From positions 1-50,267 of IMG/VR virus record IMGVR_UViG_3300036760_000785: 50,267 nt of DNA, one strand, 5' to 3'. How positions within the stretch are numbered: the first letter of the stretch is position 1; each line of letters starts with the position of its first letter. The translations under genes were made by a program, and so were the position numbers. This DNA comes from a virus. Lineage: Duplodnaviria; Caudoviricetes. The notes beneath the pieces were generated by a model. The model saw only the letters and a program-made list of their open reading frames with translations, ran no database searches and was not told the origin of the DNA. Below, one piece after another: positions 7,294-16,202 of this stretch.

Positions 7294-7330
7294 TTTTAAA
7301 ATTTAGATTAAAAGGAGAAATTAAAAAATG
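7293..7330 (+). repeat. 38-bp direct repeat, copy 2
   Basis: Identical to 6086-6123; supplies the RBS and ATG of ORF 7328. Confidence 0.95.
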
Positions 7331-7600
7331 TATGAAAAAGGATGTGAAAAACCCGTGAAGGAGTTTGATCAATTGATGGAAAAACTTAATAGAGCGAGTG
7401 ATCGAACTGCGAATTGTTTAGATATGGCCTGGAAATTAAACAATCTTTTATTTGGAAAAGAGATACCGTCAAAAGAAGAATCAAAGGATGTTTCAGAAAA
7501 TTGCGGAATTTTTAAAATGCTTGATATCAAAATGGATATAATCTTGCCTAGGTTAGAAGAACTTCAAAAACTACTTAGTACCTTTCTTGAGAGAATTTAA
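7328..7600 (+). CDS. Hypothetical helical protein
   Basis: ORF with RBS AAGGAG. Confidence 0.6.
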   Translation: MYEKGCEKPVKEFDQLMEKLNRASDRTANCLDMAWKLNNLLFGKEIPSKEESKDVSENCGIFKMLDIKMDIILPRLEELQKLLSTFLERI

Positions 7601-7636
7601 AACTAACTAAGATTTTTTAAAGGAGTAAAAAGTTTT

Positions 7637-7897
7637 ATGCTATTGATTCAGTTTAAGTATTTGCCGACATATGTGATTATCGAGGATGTTGAGGGATATA
7701 ATCCGGCTTCATTAGCGTTGTCCAACACAAGAATACTGCAAAGCAAAACCATTCAAGGCGATAATATTTATATCTTTGTGGATGCAATTGCTTTTATTCG
7801 CAAGATCAGCGATGAAGAGGTGAAAAGGCGGAGCATACCAGCGCCCTCAAAGATTGTCCAGCCAGAACTTGTCATCTCGGGAAGGAAAATTCAGTAA
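7637..7897 (+). CDS. Hypothetical protein
   Basis: ORF with upstream AAGGAG. Confidence 0.6.
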   Translation: MLLIQFKYLPTYVIIEDVEGYNPASLALSNTRILQSKTIQGDNIYIFVDAIAFIRKISDEEVKRRSIPAPSKIVQPELVISGRKIQ

Positions 7898-7899
7898 CT

Positions 7900-8151
7900 A
7901 TGGCTATGATAAAAGTCTTCATCATCTCTTGTTCGGCAGACCAAGAAATCGATATTAGGAATCTTTGTGTCTGGGGAGAATGGAAGGCAATTAGGTGGAT
8001 GCCGGAAACCAAAAGGGAAGCTGAGAAACGAATAAGCCTGTGCAAAAAAGAGTTTTGTTGTGAACAATGTGATGCTGAAATCCATTGCATCGGGATCAAA
8101 AGAACAAAACAGACAACTTTACAAAGTAGGTATTTGAATAGTCGAAAATAA
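7900..8151 (+). CDS. Cys-rich hypothetical protein
   Basis: ORF containing CCEQC. Confidence 0.5.
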   Translation: MAMIKVFIISCSADQEIDIRNLCVWGEWKAIRWMPETKREAEKRISLCKKEFCCEQCDAEIHCIGIKRTKQTTLQSRYLNSRK

Positions 8152-8197
8152 TCCTTCCTACCACATCTTAAAAAAAAAAAGATTTTCAACAGTTTTA

Positions 8198-8234
8198 TTG
8201 ACATTCTTAGGCATTAGTTTATCTTAGTTTCAGA
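8198..8234 (+). promoter_or_regulatory. Putative late promoter 1
   Basis: TTGACA-16 nt-TATCTT upstream of the lysis/packaging genes; similar to 24861-24898. Confidence 0.5.
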
Positions 8235-8235
8235 A

Positions 8236-8631
8236 ATGTCGGACACAGATACCTCTGCACAAGAACCAAAAAGTTTTTTTAAAGAGAGCGAATTTATTTG
8301 TCCTTGTTGTGGAAAGGGTTACGTCAATCCTAGCCTTCTGGCAATACTAGAAATAACGCGTGCTCTTTTCGGGAAACCAATTATCATCGAATCTGGTTAT
8401 CGTTGCCCGAAACATAACAAGGAAGTTGGAGGAGTTCCTGACTCAGCGCATCTGACAGGCGAAGCAGCTGACATCCGTTGTTTCTTTGCGGCGGACAGGT
8501 TTATCTTAACCAAAATATTTCTTTCGCTTGGAATAACTAGGATTGGCATGGCCAAAAACTTCACCCATATCGACATCTCAAAAACCTTGCCGCAGGAAGT
8601 TATCTGGCTTTATGGAGAAAAAGGATGCTAA
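8236..8631 (+). CDS. Endolysin, peptidase M15A family
   Basis: EFICPCCG, SGYRCPKHN..VGG...SAH..GEAADI, FTHID. Confidence 0.9.
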   Translation: MSDTDTSAQEPKSFFKESEFICPCCGKGYVNPSLLAILEITRALFGKPIIIESGYRCPKHNKEVGGVPDSAHLTGEAADIRCFFAADRFILTKIFLSLGITRIGMAKNFTHIDISKTLPQEVIWLYGEKGC

Positions 8632-9350
8632 TGAAAATCTTTGCACAGATAAAAAAATACTCTGTCCTAGGTACCATAATCTTTATCATCCTTGCTATCT
8701 TTTTCTTTATTGAAGGTCAAAGAAAAAGTGCTGCATACAAAGTTGAAAAGGAGCAATTCAAAAAGGAGTTGAAACAGAAGGAATACGACATTAAAAACCT
8801 GAATGAGGTGCAGTTGAACTGGATGAATGCGGCTACAATCGAAAAGGCGAATGCGGAAAAACAAGCAAAGACAAACAAGGAACTTCAGGAACAACTCATA
8901 AAAACAAATATTGAAAATGAGCAGCAAAAGAGACTGATTGAGAAAATGGTTGCCGATGAGGTGGTAGCCGAAACAAGGAAAAAGCTGGCGCTTTCAGAAA
9001 CTGATATTTGGAAGAATGGTTTTGGAGTCCAATTTACCTTGGTGGGGGCAAAGAAGAATCTGCTCAGGCTTGCCGATGCTGATTATTTCAGTCTTGTGAG
9101 GGAACCAAAACTTCTTGAAATTATCAACGGGAAAGACAAGGAAATATCTGACCTTAGAAATGCTATTTTCAACGATGAGAAAGCCTTGTCTGTATGTGAT
9201 AAGATAAAGTTGAAATATGATCAAATCAAGATTGATTATGCTGGCATTCTGAAGAAATCAGAGAAGCAGGCGAAATGGCTTAACATTTCTTACGGTACAA
9301 CAGCAATCGCAGCAATTGTGACGGTTTTATGTGTTTTATTAAGGAAGTAA
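8625..9350 (+). CDS. Membrane-anchored coiled-coil protein, spanin-like
   Basis: N- and C-terminal hydrophobic segments and a coiled-coil middle; directly follows the endolysin. Confidence 0.55.
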   Translation: MLMKIFAQIKKYSVLGTIIFIILAIFFFIEGQRKSAAYKVEKEQFKKELKQKEYDIKNLNEVQLNWMNAATIEKANAEKQAKTNKELQEQLIKTNIENEQQKRLIEKMVADEVVAETRKKLALSETDIWKNGFGVQFTLVGAKKNLLRLADADYFSLVREPKLLEIINGKDKEISDLRNAIFNDEKALSVCDKIKLKYDQIKIDYAGILKKSEKQAKWLNISYGTTAIAAIVTVLCVLLRK

Positions 9351-9367
9351 AAAGCAAGGAAAGATTA

Positions 9368-10417
9368 ATGAAGTGGGATAAGGCAAAGATTGATACTTTG
9401 CGTCAACTTGCAGAATCGGGTATGTCTTATCAGAATGTTGCCAAAAAAATGGGACTACGGTTTAAGCAGATAGAATCTGCGGCTATGCGTTATAAAATTA
9501 GAAAACCAACTTGGAGCTGGAATGAAGAACGCAGAAAAGACATTTTGGAACTGCGAATTCGCGGCAAAACTTATCTCGAAATAGCCAAAGAATTATCCCA
9601 AAAACACAACCGAAAAATTAGTGCTGAAGCAATAAGAAAAATTGCCCAGTCATATGGAATTTCAGATCAATTGTTTAATACCCCAGGTGGCATTAAATTT
9701 TATGATTCGCCTGTGCTGCCAATGGACGATTATATGATTTCTTGTGATTATCACTCGCCTTATTATAGCGAGCTCTGGACAAATCGCTATCTGGCCATGG
9801 CACAAAAATACGGGATCAAAAAGCAAGTTATTGTAGGTGACCTTTTTGATCTGGATTTTGCCAAAAGTCAACCAATTACAGATGGCGAAAAACCATCATT
9901 TATTGAGGAGGAAGAAAAGCAGAGCGACCCACTGATCCAGGCACTTTCATGGTTTGACGAAACCTGGCTAGTATGTGGAAATCACGAAACAAAAATCAGC
10001 CGAATAACTGAAGCAAGAGTTCAATTCAGCCAACTCGTAAGTTTTTTCTGCAAAGACCTTATTAAAAAGAAATTTAATTTTACGGTTTTTGATAAAGTTC
10101 AAATCGGAGAAAAGTTTCTCTTAATTCATCCCAAAAGCTATAGCCAGATCTCTGGAGCTACCGCTGTTCGCCTAGCTGAAAAATACCATAAACACATCCT
10201 CGCCGCTCATGGCCACTTCTCTGCCTTTCGTTGGGATAGGTCAGGTAAATATATGGGAGTAGATATCGGCGGGATGTTTGATCAGAGAAAAATTGCCTAT
10301 GCAAATCTATTAACCACAACTCATCCCGCATGGGAAAATGGTTTTGTGGTAATTTTAAATGGATATATATACCAATTTCATCAGGAAACTGATTTTTCAT
10401 TCTGGCTTGAGAGGTAA
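9368..10417 (+). CDS. HTH-fused calcineurin-like metallophosphoesterase
   Basis: Two N-terminal HTH-like repeats; SCDYH, GDLFD, GNHE and AHGH motifs. Confidence 0.85.
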   Translation: MKWDKAKIDTLRQLAESGMSYQNVAKKMGLRFKQIESAAMRYKIRKPTWSWNEERRKDILELRIRGKTYLEIAKELSQKHNRKISAEAIRKIAQSYGISDQLFNTPGGIKFYDSPVLPMDDYMISCDYHSPYYSELWTNRYLAMAQKYGIKKQVIVGDLFDLDFAKSQPITDGEKPSFIEEEEKQSDPLIQALSWFDETWLVCGNHETKISRITEARVQFSQLVSFFCKDLIKKKFNFTVFDKVQIGEKFLLIHPKSYSQISGATAVRLAEKYHKHILAAHGHFSAFRWDRSGKYMGVDIGGMFDQRKIAYANLLTTTHPAWENGFVVILNGYIYQFHQETDFSFWLER

Positions 10418-10473
10418 ACTAAAAAGTAATTGCTAAAGTTAAGGGAAAAGGAAATTTTAAGGGAGAAAATAAG

Positions 10474-10722
10474 ATGGGCGATCCAATAACCTGGGCAGCC
10501 GTAGGTATGGCAGCAGTTAGTAATATGGGTACATGGCTTATGATTTGGAAAGGAGGAAAAAGAAATAAGAAAAATAATAATCCAGGCCCAGGCCAAGCCA
10601 AGGTTTGTATCGAGCGGGGTGAAAAGATAGCAAAGATGGAAACAGAACAGGCGAACATAAAAGATGATATCCACGAAATAAAAACGGCAATAGAAATCAT
10701 CAGGGCGGCGGTAGTGAAGTGA
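10474..10722 (+). CDS. Small membrane/coiled-coil protein
   Basis: N-terminal hydrophobic helix and C-terminal heptads. Confidence 0.55.
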   Translation: MGDPITWAAVGMAAVSNMGTWLMIWKGGKRNKKNNNPGPGQAKVCIERGEKIAKMETEQANIKDDIHEIKTAIEIIRAAVVK

Positions 10723-10895
10723 AGGTCGAGTTTTCAGCACTTATGAAAAAGTTAGAGATTAAATCTTTAGTTTCACTTGATCGTGGAGGCAGATTGCTTC
10801 TTGAATTTAATGCTGACAATGAAACCATTGATGGCCTAAATGAACTTATGAAGGCCGATTCGGAGTGCAAAATTATTATCGAGGAGCTGAAATAG
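10719..10895 (+). CDS. Small hypothetical protein (58 aa)
   Basis: GTGA-coupled ORF MKVEFSALMKKLEIKSLVSLDRGGRLLLEF... Confidence 0.55.
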   Translation: MKVEFSALMKKLEIKSLVSLDRGGRLLLEFNADNETIDGLNELMKADSECKIIIEELK

Positions 10896-10910
10896 GCTCA
10901 CATAAAATAA

Positions 10911-11222
10911 GTGAAAAATATGAGAATACCACCTAAACCGTTTAAGCCAGGAGAGGGAGGTCGACCTAAGGGTTCTAAAAATAAGTTTACCTCTCTAAAA
11001 GATAAATTTATTCTTGCATTTGAAAAAACGGGCGACGTAAAAGGATTAGTTGATTGGATTAAAAAAAATCCCAAAAATAGGGCGGCTTTTTATCAGATGA
11101 TTACTAAACTTTTCCCTGTTGATATAGCTCATAGTGGCGAAATAAAAACTACTGTAACCTTTATCATGCCTCGACCAGGCAAGAAAAAAGATGCAGACGC
11201 GACTACAGAACATAATTTATGA
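10911..11222 (+). CDS. terS: Terminase small subunit
   Basis: FKPGEGGRPKGSKNK motif; immediately upstream of TerL. Confidence 0.75.
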   Translation: MKNMRIPPKPFKPGEGGRPKGSKNKFTSLKDKFILAFEKTGDVKGLVDWIKKNPKNRAAFYQMITKLFPVDIAHSGEIKTTVTFIMPRPGKKKDADATTEHNL

Positions 11223-12645
11223 GGCGCAGCCAAAACAGGCATTATTTCATGCTGCACCCGAGACCTATAAACTCTACGGCGGTTCAATGGGAAGTGGCAA
11301 GTCGTTCGCTTTGTGTGCTGAGGGCATTGCCCTTTCATGCGACTATCCTGGCAATCGGGGTTATATTTGCCGCGATACCCTGAAGGCTTTTAAGAAAACA
11401 ACTTATTTGGTTTTGGATGATATGCTCCAACGATCAGGGCTCATTACAAAACACCACCAGACTGATAACTATTACATACTCCAGAACGGATCGGCAATCT
11501 ACTACGGAGGATTAGGTGATGATCAGAAGGCGATTGAGCGGCTGAAGTCAATGGAGCTTGGATGGTTTGCAATAGACGAGGCGTCGGAGACTACGGAAAG
11601 ATTTTTCCTCATGCTTGCTTCGCGCTTGAGAATAAAATTGCCAGATATAAGATACTTTGGCCTACTTGCCTCGAATCCTGATCCTGGCTGGCTGAAGCAT
11701 CGGTTCATAGACAGGAAAGAGCCTGATCATGTTTTCATCCCAGCTTTACCTCGGGACAATGGCAAACTTGCTCCTGGGTATATAGAGAGACTTGAGGCGA
11801 TATTCCCGGATGCCTGGCGGAAGCAATTCTTGGAGGGTGACTGGACAGCCTTCGAAGGTATAAATAATGTCTTCCCATTCCAGGCGATTTCAAAGGCGAT
11901 GCAGAATGAGATTGAACCAGGGAAGCCCAGAGAGTTAGGAATAGATGTGGCTCGATATGGGGATGATGAATTTGTCATCGTGCTTAGGGAAGGTGGCAAG
12001 GTATCAATACGTAGGAGGATAAAGAAATCGGACTTGATGGAAGCGACGGGGATAGTTGTCCAGGAAATAAAAGACCTCAATCCTGATGGAGTAAAGGTGG
12101 ATGCCGATGGTTTAGGGTCTGGTGTTGTTGACCGTTTAGGGGAAGTTATGCCTTGTGAATGGTTATTGAAAGTTGGTATAACAGAAATACATGCTGGGGT
12201 AAGGGCCAATGATTCCGAGAGGTTCAGGAATAGGAAGGCTGAGATTTACTGGGGGTTCCGAGAACGATTAATTGCGGGCGAGGTATCATTGCCCGATGAC
12301 CTTGACCTTCAGGCGCAGTTGACATCAATAACTTATAAAGTAAACTCGACAGGGCAGATAGAGATTATTTCCAAGGAAGAGATGAAAAGGAACGGATTAA
12401 AAAGTCCGGACATTGCAGAAGCTGTAATCTATGCTTTTACGGAGCCGGACCAACCTGTGCGTACTGGCCAGATCTGGTTCCCAGGCAAGGAAAGGATTGT
12501 CGAAAGAATAAAAAGAAAAGAGGAGAAGGAATCACAGTCAAGCGAGTCGATTCCTGTATTGGTTCCCAGGGAAACCGTCATAGAGGAGCCGAAGGATAAG
12601 AAAGATGCTGGACGAGGAAAAGGAAAAACAAGGGTCTTCATCTAA
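11191..12645 (+). CDS. terL: Terminase large subunit
   Basis: Walker A YGGSMGSGKS, Walker B FAIDEA, ASNP, nuclease motifs GIDVARYGDD and SPDIAEA. Confidence 0.95.
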   Translation: MQTRLQNIIYEAQPKQALFHAAPETYKLYGGSMGSGKSFALCAEGIALSCDYPGNRGYICRDTLKAFKKTTYLVLDDMLQRSGLITKHHQTDNYYILQNGSAIYYGGLGDDQKAIERLKSMELGWFAIDEASETTERFFLMLASRLRIKLPDIRYFGLLASNPDPGWLKHRFIDRKEPDHVFIPALPRDNGKLAPGYIERLEAIFPDAWRKQFLEGDWTAFEGINNVFPFQAISKAMQNEIEPGKPRELGIDVARYGDDEFVIVLREGGKVSIRRRIKKSDLMEATGIVVQEIKDLNPDGVKVDADGLGSGVVDRLGEVMPCEWLLKVGITEIHAGVRANDSERFRNRKAEIYWGFRERLIAGEVSLPDDLDLQAQLTSITYKVNSTGQIEIISKEEMKRNGLKSPDIAEAVIYAFTEPDQPVRTGQIWFPGKERIVERIKRKEEKESQSSESIPVLVPRETVIEEPKDKKDAGRGKGKTRVFI

Positions 12646-14098
12646 AGGTGTAAAGCGGGTCTTCTATTTCATCAAGACAAGCAGGGGTCTTGTGCCGCTT
12701 AATGAGTTGAGGAAGGCCGAGAAGAGAAAGCAACAGACTGAGTCAAAGCAAATCAAGGCCGAGAAGGAGTTTATTACCCTTCATAATCTTATACCCTACC
12801 CATTTAATGTGCAGGGTTTTCTTCTGCTCCTTGAGAATTGCTCATTCTTCGATGCCTGTGTGCGCCAGATTGCAAAGGATGTGGCTGGCCAGGGTTACAC
12901 TATTAACTTGCGCAAAGGAATCGAGACCGAGAATGATGATGAAAGAAAAGCAATTGAGGATTTCCTATCTGATCCAAATGCTGACGAGGATAGCCTGGAA
13001 GACATCATTGAGCGTCTGATAATTGACTGGGGTTGCATCGGGTGGTTCGGCCTGGAGGTAAGCAGGGATGAGGTAAACAAGGTCAATGGTCTATATCATA
13101 TTCCTGCGCATACGTTCTGGATACACAAGGAAGAGAAGAAATATTGCCAACTATGGATGAATAAGACTATCTGGTTCAAAAAATTTGGCTATGAAGCAGA
13201 TATAGATGCAAAATCGGGCGATGAGTCAAAACCAGTAAGTCCAGAAAATCTTGCCCACGAGTTGATCTACTACCGCAATTACTATCCTCGATCCGCCTTC
13301 TATGGTGCTCCCAATGCCCTCTCCGCCGTCGGAGCCATTAAGGCTTTGATTAGCATCCGTGATTATAACCTGGCATTCTTTGAGAACTATGGGATCCCAG
13401 CTGCGCTAGTCACAGCAGAGGGAGACTGGGGAGAGGATGAGTCTGGTATAAGCAATGTGAAACTCCTCAATGATTTCATAAACTCAGAACTCAAAGGTGC
13501 AGATAATGCACACAAGACAGTCGTACTAAATCCGCCAGCAGGAGGGAAGGTCACCTGGACGCCACTCGTGGTTGAAGTCAAAGAGGGCCATTTCAAACTC
13601 TATTTCAAGAATCTGAGAGATGAGATACTTGTTGCCTACAAGATGCCTTCGTACAGAATCGGTATAACTGAGCAGGGTAGCCTCGGAGGATCGACGGCGG
13701 CGGAGTCCACGCGTATTTATATTGACTCGATTGTCAATCCACTCAAACGGGTGATTAACCATATCTTCTCGGAGAAGATAATCAAGGACGGCTTAGGAAT
13801 TGAGTCTTATGAGTTTAAACTTGGGGAGCTTGACATCCGCGACATGAATGCGATTGTTACTCGTTGCCAAACACTGTTTGGCATGGGTGGCCTGAGCAGG
13901 AACGAGTTAAGGCAAGAGATTGGCAAATCAAAGCTGCCCGATACCGAGGATGGGGACAAATACTATATCTCGACTTCCTATGTGCCGATAGGTGAGGAAA
14001 GTGCACTGGCTTCATTGAGTGCCAGGGATGCAGCGGCCGAGGATTTGAAGAAGAAGGTGGATGAGATTCTGAAGGGAATGAGGAGTAAAGGGAAATAG
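12605..14098 (+). CDS. Portal protein
   Basis: YGAP, YNLAFFENYGIP, ILVAYKMP..IG, LSRNELRQ; follows TerL. Confidence 0.92.
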   Translation: MLDEEKEKQGSSSKGVKRVFYFIKTSRGLVPLNELRKAEKRKQQTESKQIKAEKEFITLHNLIPYPFNVQGFLLLLENCSFFDACVRQIAKDVAGQGYTINLRKGIETENDDERKAIEDFLSDPNADEDSLEDIIERLIIDWGCIGWFGLEVSRDEVNKVNGLYHIPAHTFWIHKEEKKYCQLWMNKTIWFKKFGYEADIDAKSGDESKPVSPENLAHELIYYRNYYPRSAFYGAPNALSAVGAIKALISIRDYNLAFFENYGIPAALVTAEGDWGEDESGISNVKLLNDFINSELKGADNAHKTVVLNPPAGGKVTWTPLVVEVKEGHFKLYFKNLRDEILVAYKMPSYRIGITEQGSLGGSTAAESTRIYIDSIVNPLKRVINHIFSEKIIKDGLGIESYEFKLGELDIRDMNAIVTRCQTLFGMGGLSRNELRQEIGKSKLPDTEDGDKYYISTSYVPIGEESALASLSARDAAAEDLKKKVDEILKGMRSKGK

Positions 14099-15535
14099 AT
14101 GAGCATAGAACTTCTTGAACTCCACAAGGCACTGACTACTTACCTGCATAAAGGCAAGCGTAGGGAACGGGCACTTCTACGGCATAAGCGGCTCTTGAAG
14201 GAGACAAGACCGGCAATGGCCGCCGCCGCGATGAAGTGGCTTGAGATGATGAGGCGAGAGATAATGGCGACACTGTTGCACTCAAGAGGTAACAATGCAA
14301 CTGAACTATTAAACAAAGTAGATTGGGAAATGCTCAAGGAGAAGAGTGCGAACATCTTCAAGCCAGTCTATCTGAAGATTTTGAATGAAGGCGTGCGTAG
14401 CATCTTTGCCTTGAGAAAACAAGAAGATGAGATGGATGAGATATCGGAGGAGGCAATTACCTGGGCCCGAAGTCAATCTGCGAGACTCGTCACCGAGATA
14501 GATGCAAATACCAGAAAAGGACTAAGGCAGTTGATCGAAGAAGGTTTGGCAAGTGAGGAAGGTTTATCAGTACAGGAACTCGCAAGGCAGATAAGATCGA
14601 TGATCGGATTGACGGATAGGATGACAATGGCGGTATCAAACTACCAAGCAGAACTTCTTGCACGAGGGATGGCTGCCGAGGATGTCGAAAGGGCCGTCGA
14701 GAAATATGAAAGGCAGCTCCTAGCCTACCGTGCCGAGATGATTGCTAGGACAGAGACAGCGGAGGCATTGTCTGAAGGTACAAGGCGGGCTTATAAAGTG
14801 AATGGTATTAAGGAACTTGAGTGGGTTGCCGATCCTCAATGCTGTGCGGAATGTTCAGAGAATAATGGCAAAACATATTCTGTAGATGAAGCAGAGGGGA
14901 TGCAACCTGCCCATCCGAATTGTTTACCGGAGGATTCTTTTATATTGGCCTGTGGAGGAATCTCTTCCGTTAGTAAAAGGTGGTACGAAGGAGAAATGAT
15001 TATCCTTGAGACAGCCTCTCACCGCAAACTCTCCTGCACCCCAAATCATCCGATACTCACAGATCGGGGATTCTTGCCTGCGAACTTGTTGAATATAGGT
15101 AGCAATGTAATCAGCCACGGATTCAGTCAAAGAGAAATTTTTGGAGATTGGAATAATTATTATAGACCAACCTTGATTGAGAATATAACGAATTCTTTCC
15201 TCAAATCTTCTGGCGTGGTCACCAATAAAATGCCAACCTCCTCCATAGATTTCCACAGCGACGGGATAGGCAGCAAGGTCGCAATTATAGGCACCAATCG
15301 CTTTTTAAAGATTCTTAATCGTAGTCATAGGAAGATCGATTCGAAGAAATTCCCCGAGGATATTTCTTTTTCTTGGTTTCACGACAAGGTCATTCATTTT
15401 GATACCTCATTTTTCCGAGGGTATGTCCATAATTTAGAGACAGAGAAATCATATTATATTGCTAATGGGATTGTCAACCATAATTGCGAATGCTGTTTTG
15501 TAATGGCGGTCGGCGAGGAGATGCCGGAGGAATGA
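14099..15535 (+). CDS. Minor head/morphogenesis protein (MuF/SPP1 gp7-like) containing an intein
   Basis: RAEMIARTET, C..C...NGK, PAHPN-[intein]-CEC. Confidence 0.88.
   Translation: MSIELLELHKALTTYLHKGKRRERALLRHKRLLKETRPAMAAAAMKWLEMMRREIMATLLHSRGNNATELLNKVDWEMLKEKSANIFKPVYLKILNEGVRSIFALRKQEDEMDEISEEAITWARSQSARLVTEIDANTRKGLRQLIEEGLASEEGLSVQELARQIRSMIGLTDRMTMAVSNYQAELLARGMAAEDVERAVEKYERQLLAYRAEMIARTETAEALSEGTRRAYKVNGIKELEWVADPQCCAECSENNGKTYSVDEAEGMQPAHPNCLPEDSFILACGGISSVSKRWYEGEMIILETASHRKLSCTPNHPILTDRGFLPANLLNIGSNVISHGFSQREIFGDWNNYYRPTLIENITNSFLKSSGVVTNKMPTSSIDFHSDGIGSKVAIIGTNRFLKILNRSHRKIDSKKFPEDISFSWFHDKVIHFDTSFFRGYVHNLETEKSYYIANGIVNHNCECCFVMAVGEEMPEE
14921..15484 (+). mobile_element. Intein (188 aa, no recognisable homing endonuclease)
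   Basis: Starts CLPEDS, block B CTPNHPILT, ends VHNLET...YIANGIVNHN followed by Cys(+1). Confidence 0.9.
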
Positions 15536-15553
15536 AATTTATAGGAGGTTAAT

Positions 15554-16192
15554 GTGAGTAAAAAATTCGCAATCTTTTTCTTGGCGTTTTTGGCTTTAAC
15601 TATCTTCCTTGTCTCAGACTGGCGATACAATCCATTCACGGGGAAACTCGATTACTTCATGGGTCCGAACGATACGCCAGCCTTTACGGCTATGAAACTA
15701 TACGATACAAACCAGAGCAACACTTTGCTTTTCAAGTGGAATGAGAATGATACGGCTGATAGAACCTTGAATTTGCTGGTATCCGCTGGCACAAGAAGTC
15801 TGACTATCAGCGGAGACTCGGCGATAAACCAGAGTCTATTGACTACATCGAATGCTCAGTTGAAATCAATAGCCTTCGGCACACTCTATGATAACGGAAG
15901 CTCGGGCAATGCCTATACCCTAGCATGGGATAATGGCCAGAAACAGAAGATAACTTTGACTGGTGCACCCTGCGTATTCACATTCACCGCACCGACTAAG
16001 GGGACGGCAAGCTTCATCCTGGAAGTAATTCAAGGAGCGGGCGGAAGCAAGACAGCGACATGGCCGGGTACGGTGAAATGGCCTGGGGGAGTGGCTCCAG
16101 TTCTTAGCACAACGGCAGGCGCAGTGGACATAGTTTCATTTTTCTACGATGGCACGAATTACTACGGGGCGGCAAATCTAAATTTCCAATAA
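15554..16192 (+). CDS. Signal-peptide-bearing beta-rich protein with a tail-fibre-like C-terminal domain
   Basis: Hydrophobic N-terminus, YNPFTGKLDY, C-terminal TWPGTVKWPGGVAPVLSTTAGAVDIVSF. Confidence 0.65.
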   Translation: MSKKFAIFFLAFLALTIFLVSDWRYNPFTGKLDYFMGPNDTPAFTAMKLYDTNQSNTLLFKWNENDTADRTLNLLVSAGTRSLTISGDSAINQSLLTTSNAQLKSIAFGTLYDNGSSGNAYTLAWDNGQKQKITLTGAPCVFTFTAPTKGTASFILEVIQGAGGSKTATWPGTVKWPGGVAPVLSTTAGAVDIVSFFYDGTNYYGAANLNFQ

Positions 16193-16202
16193 CAGGCAAA
16201 AT

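Noticed and set aside
7124-7372. Minus-strand ORF rich in P/H/Q/T
   Set aside because: It is the antisense translation of GGT-NN array 3 and opposes the local gene direction.
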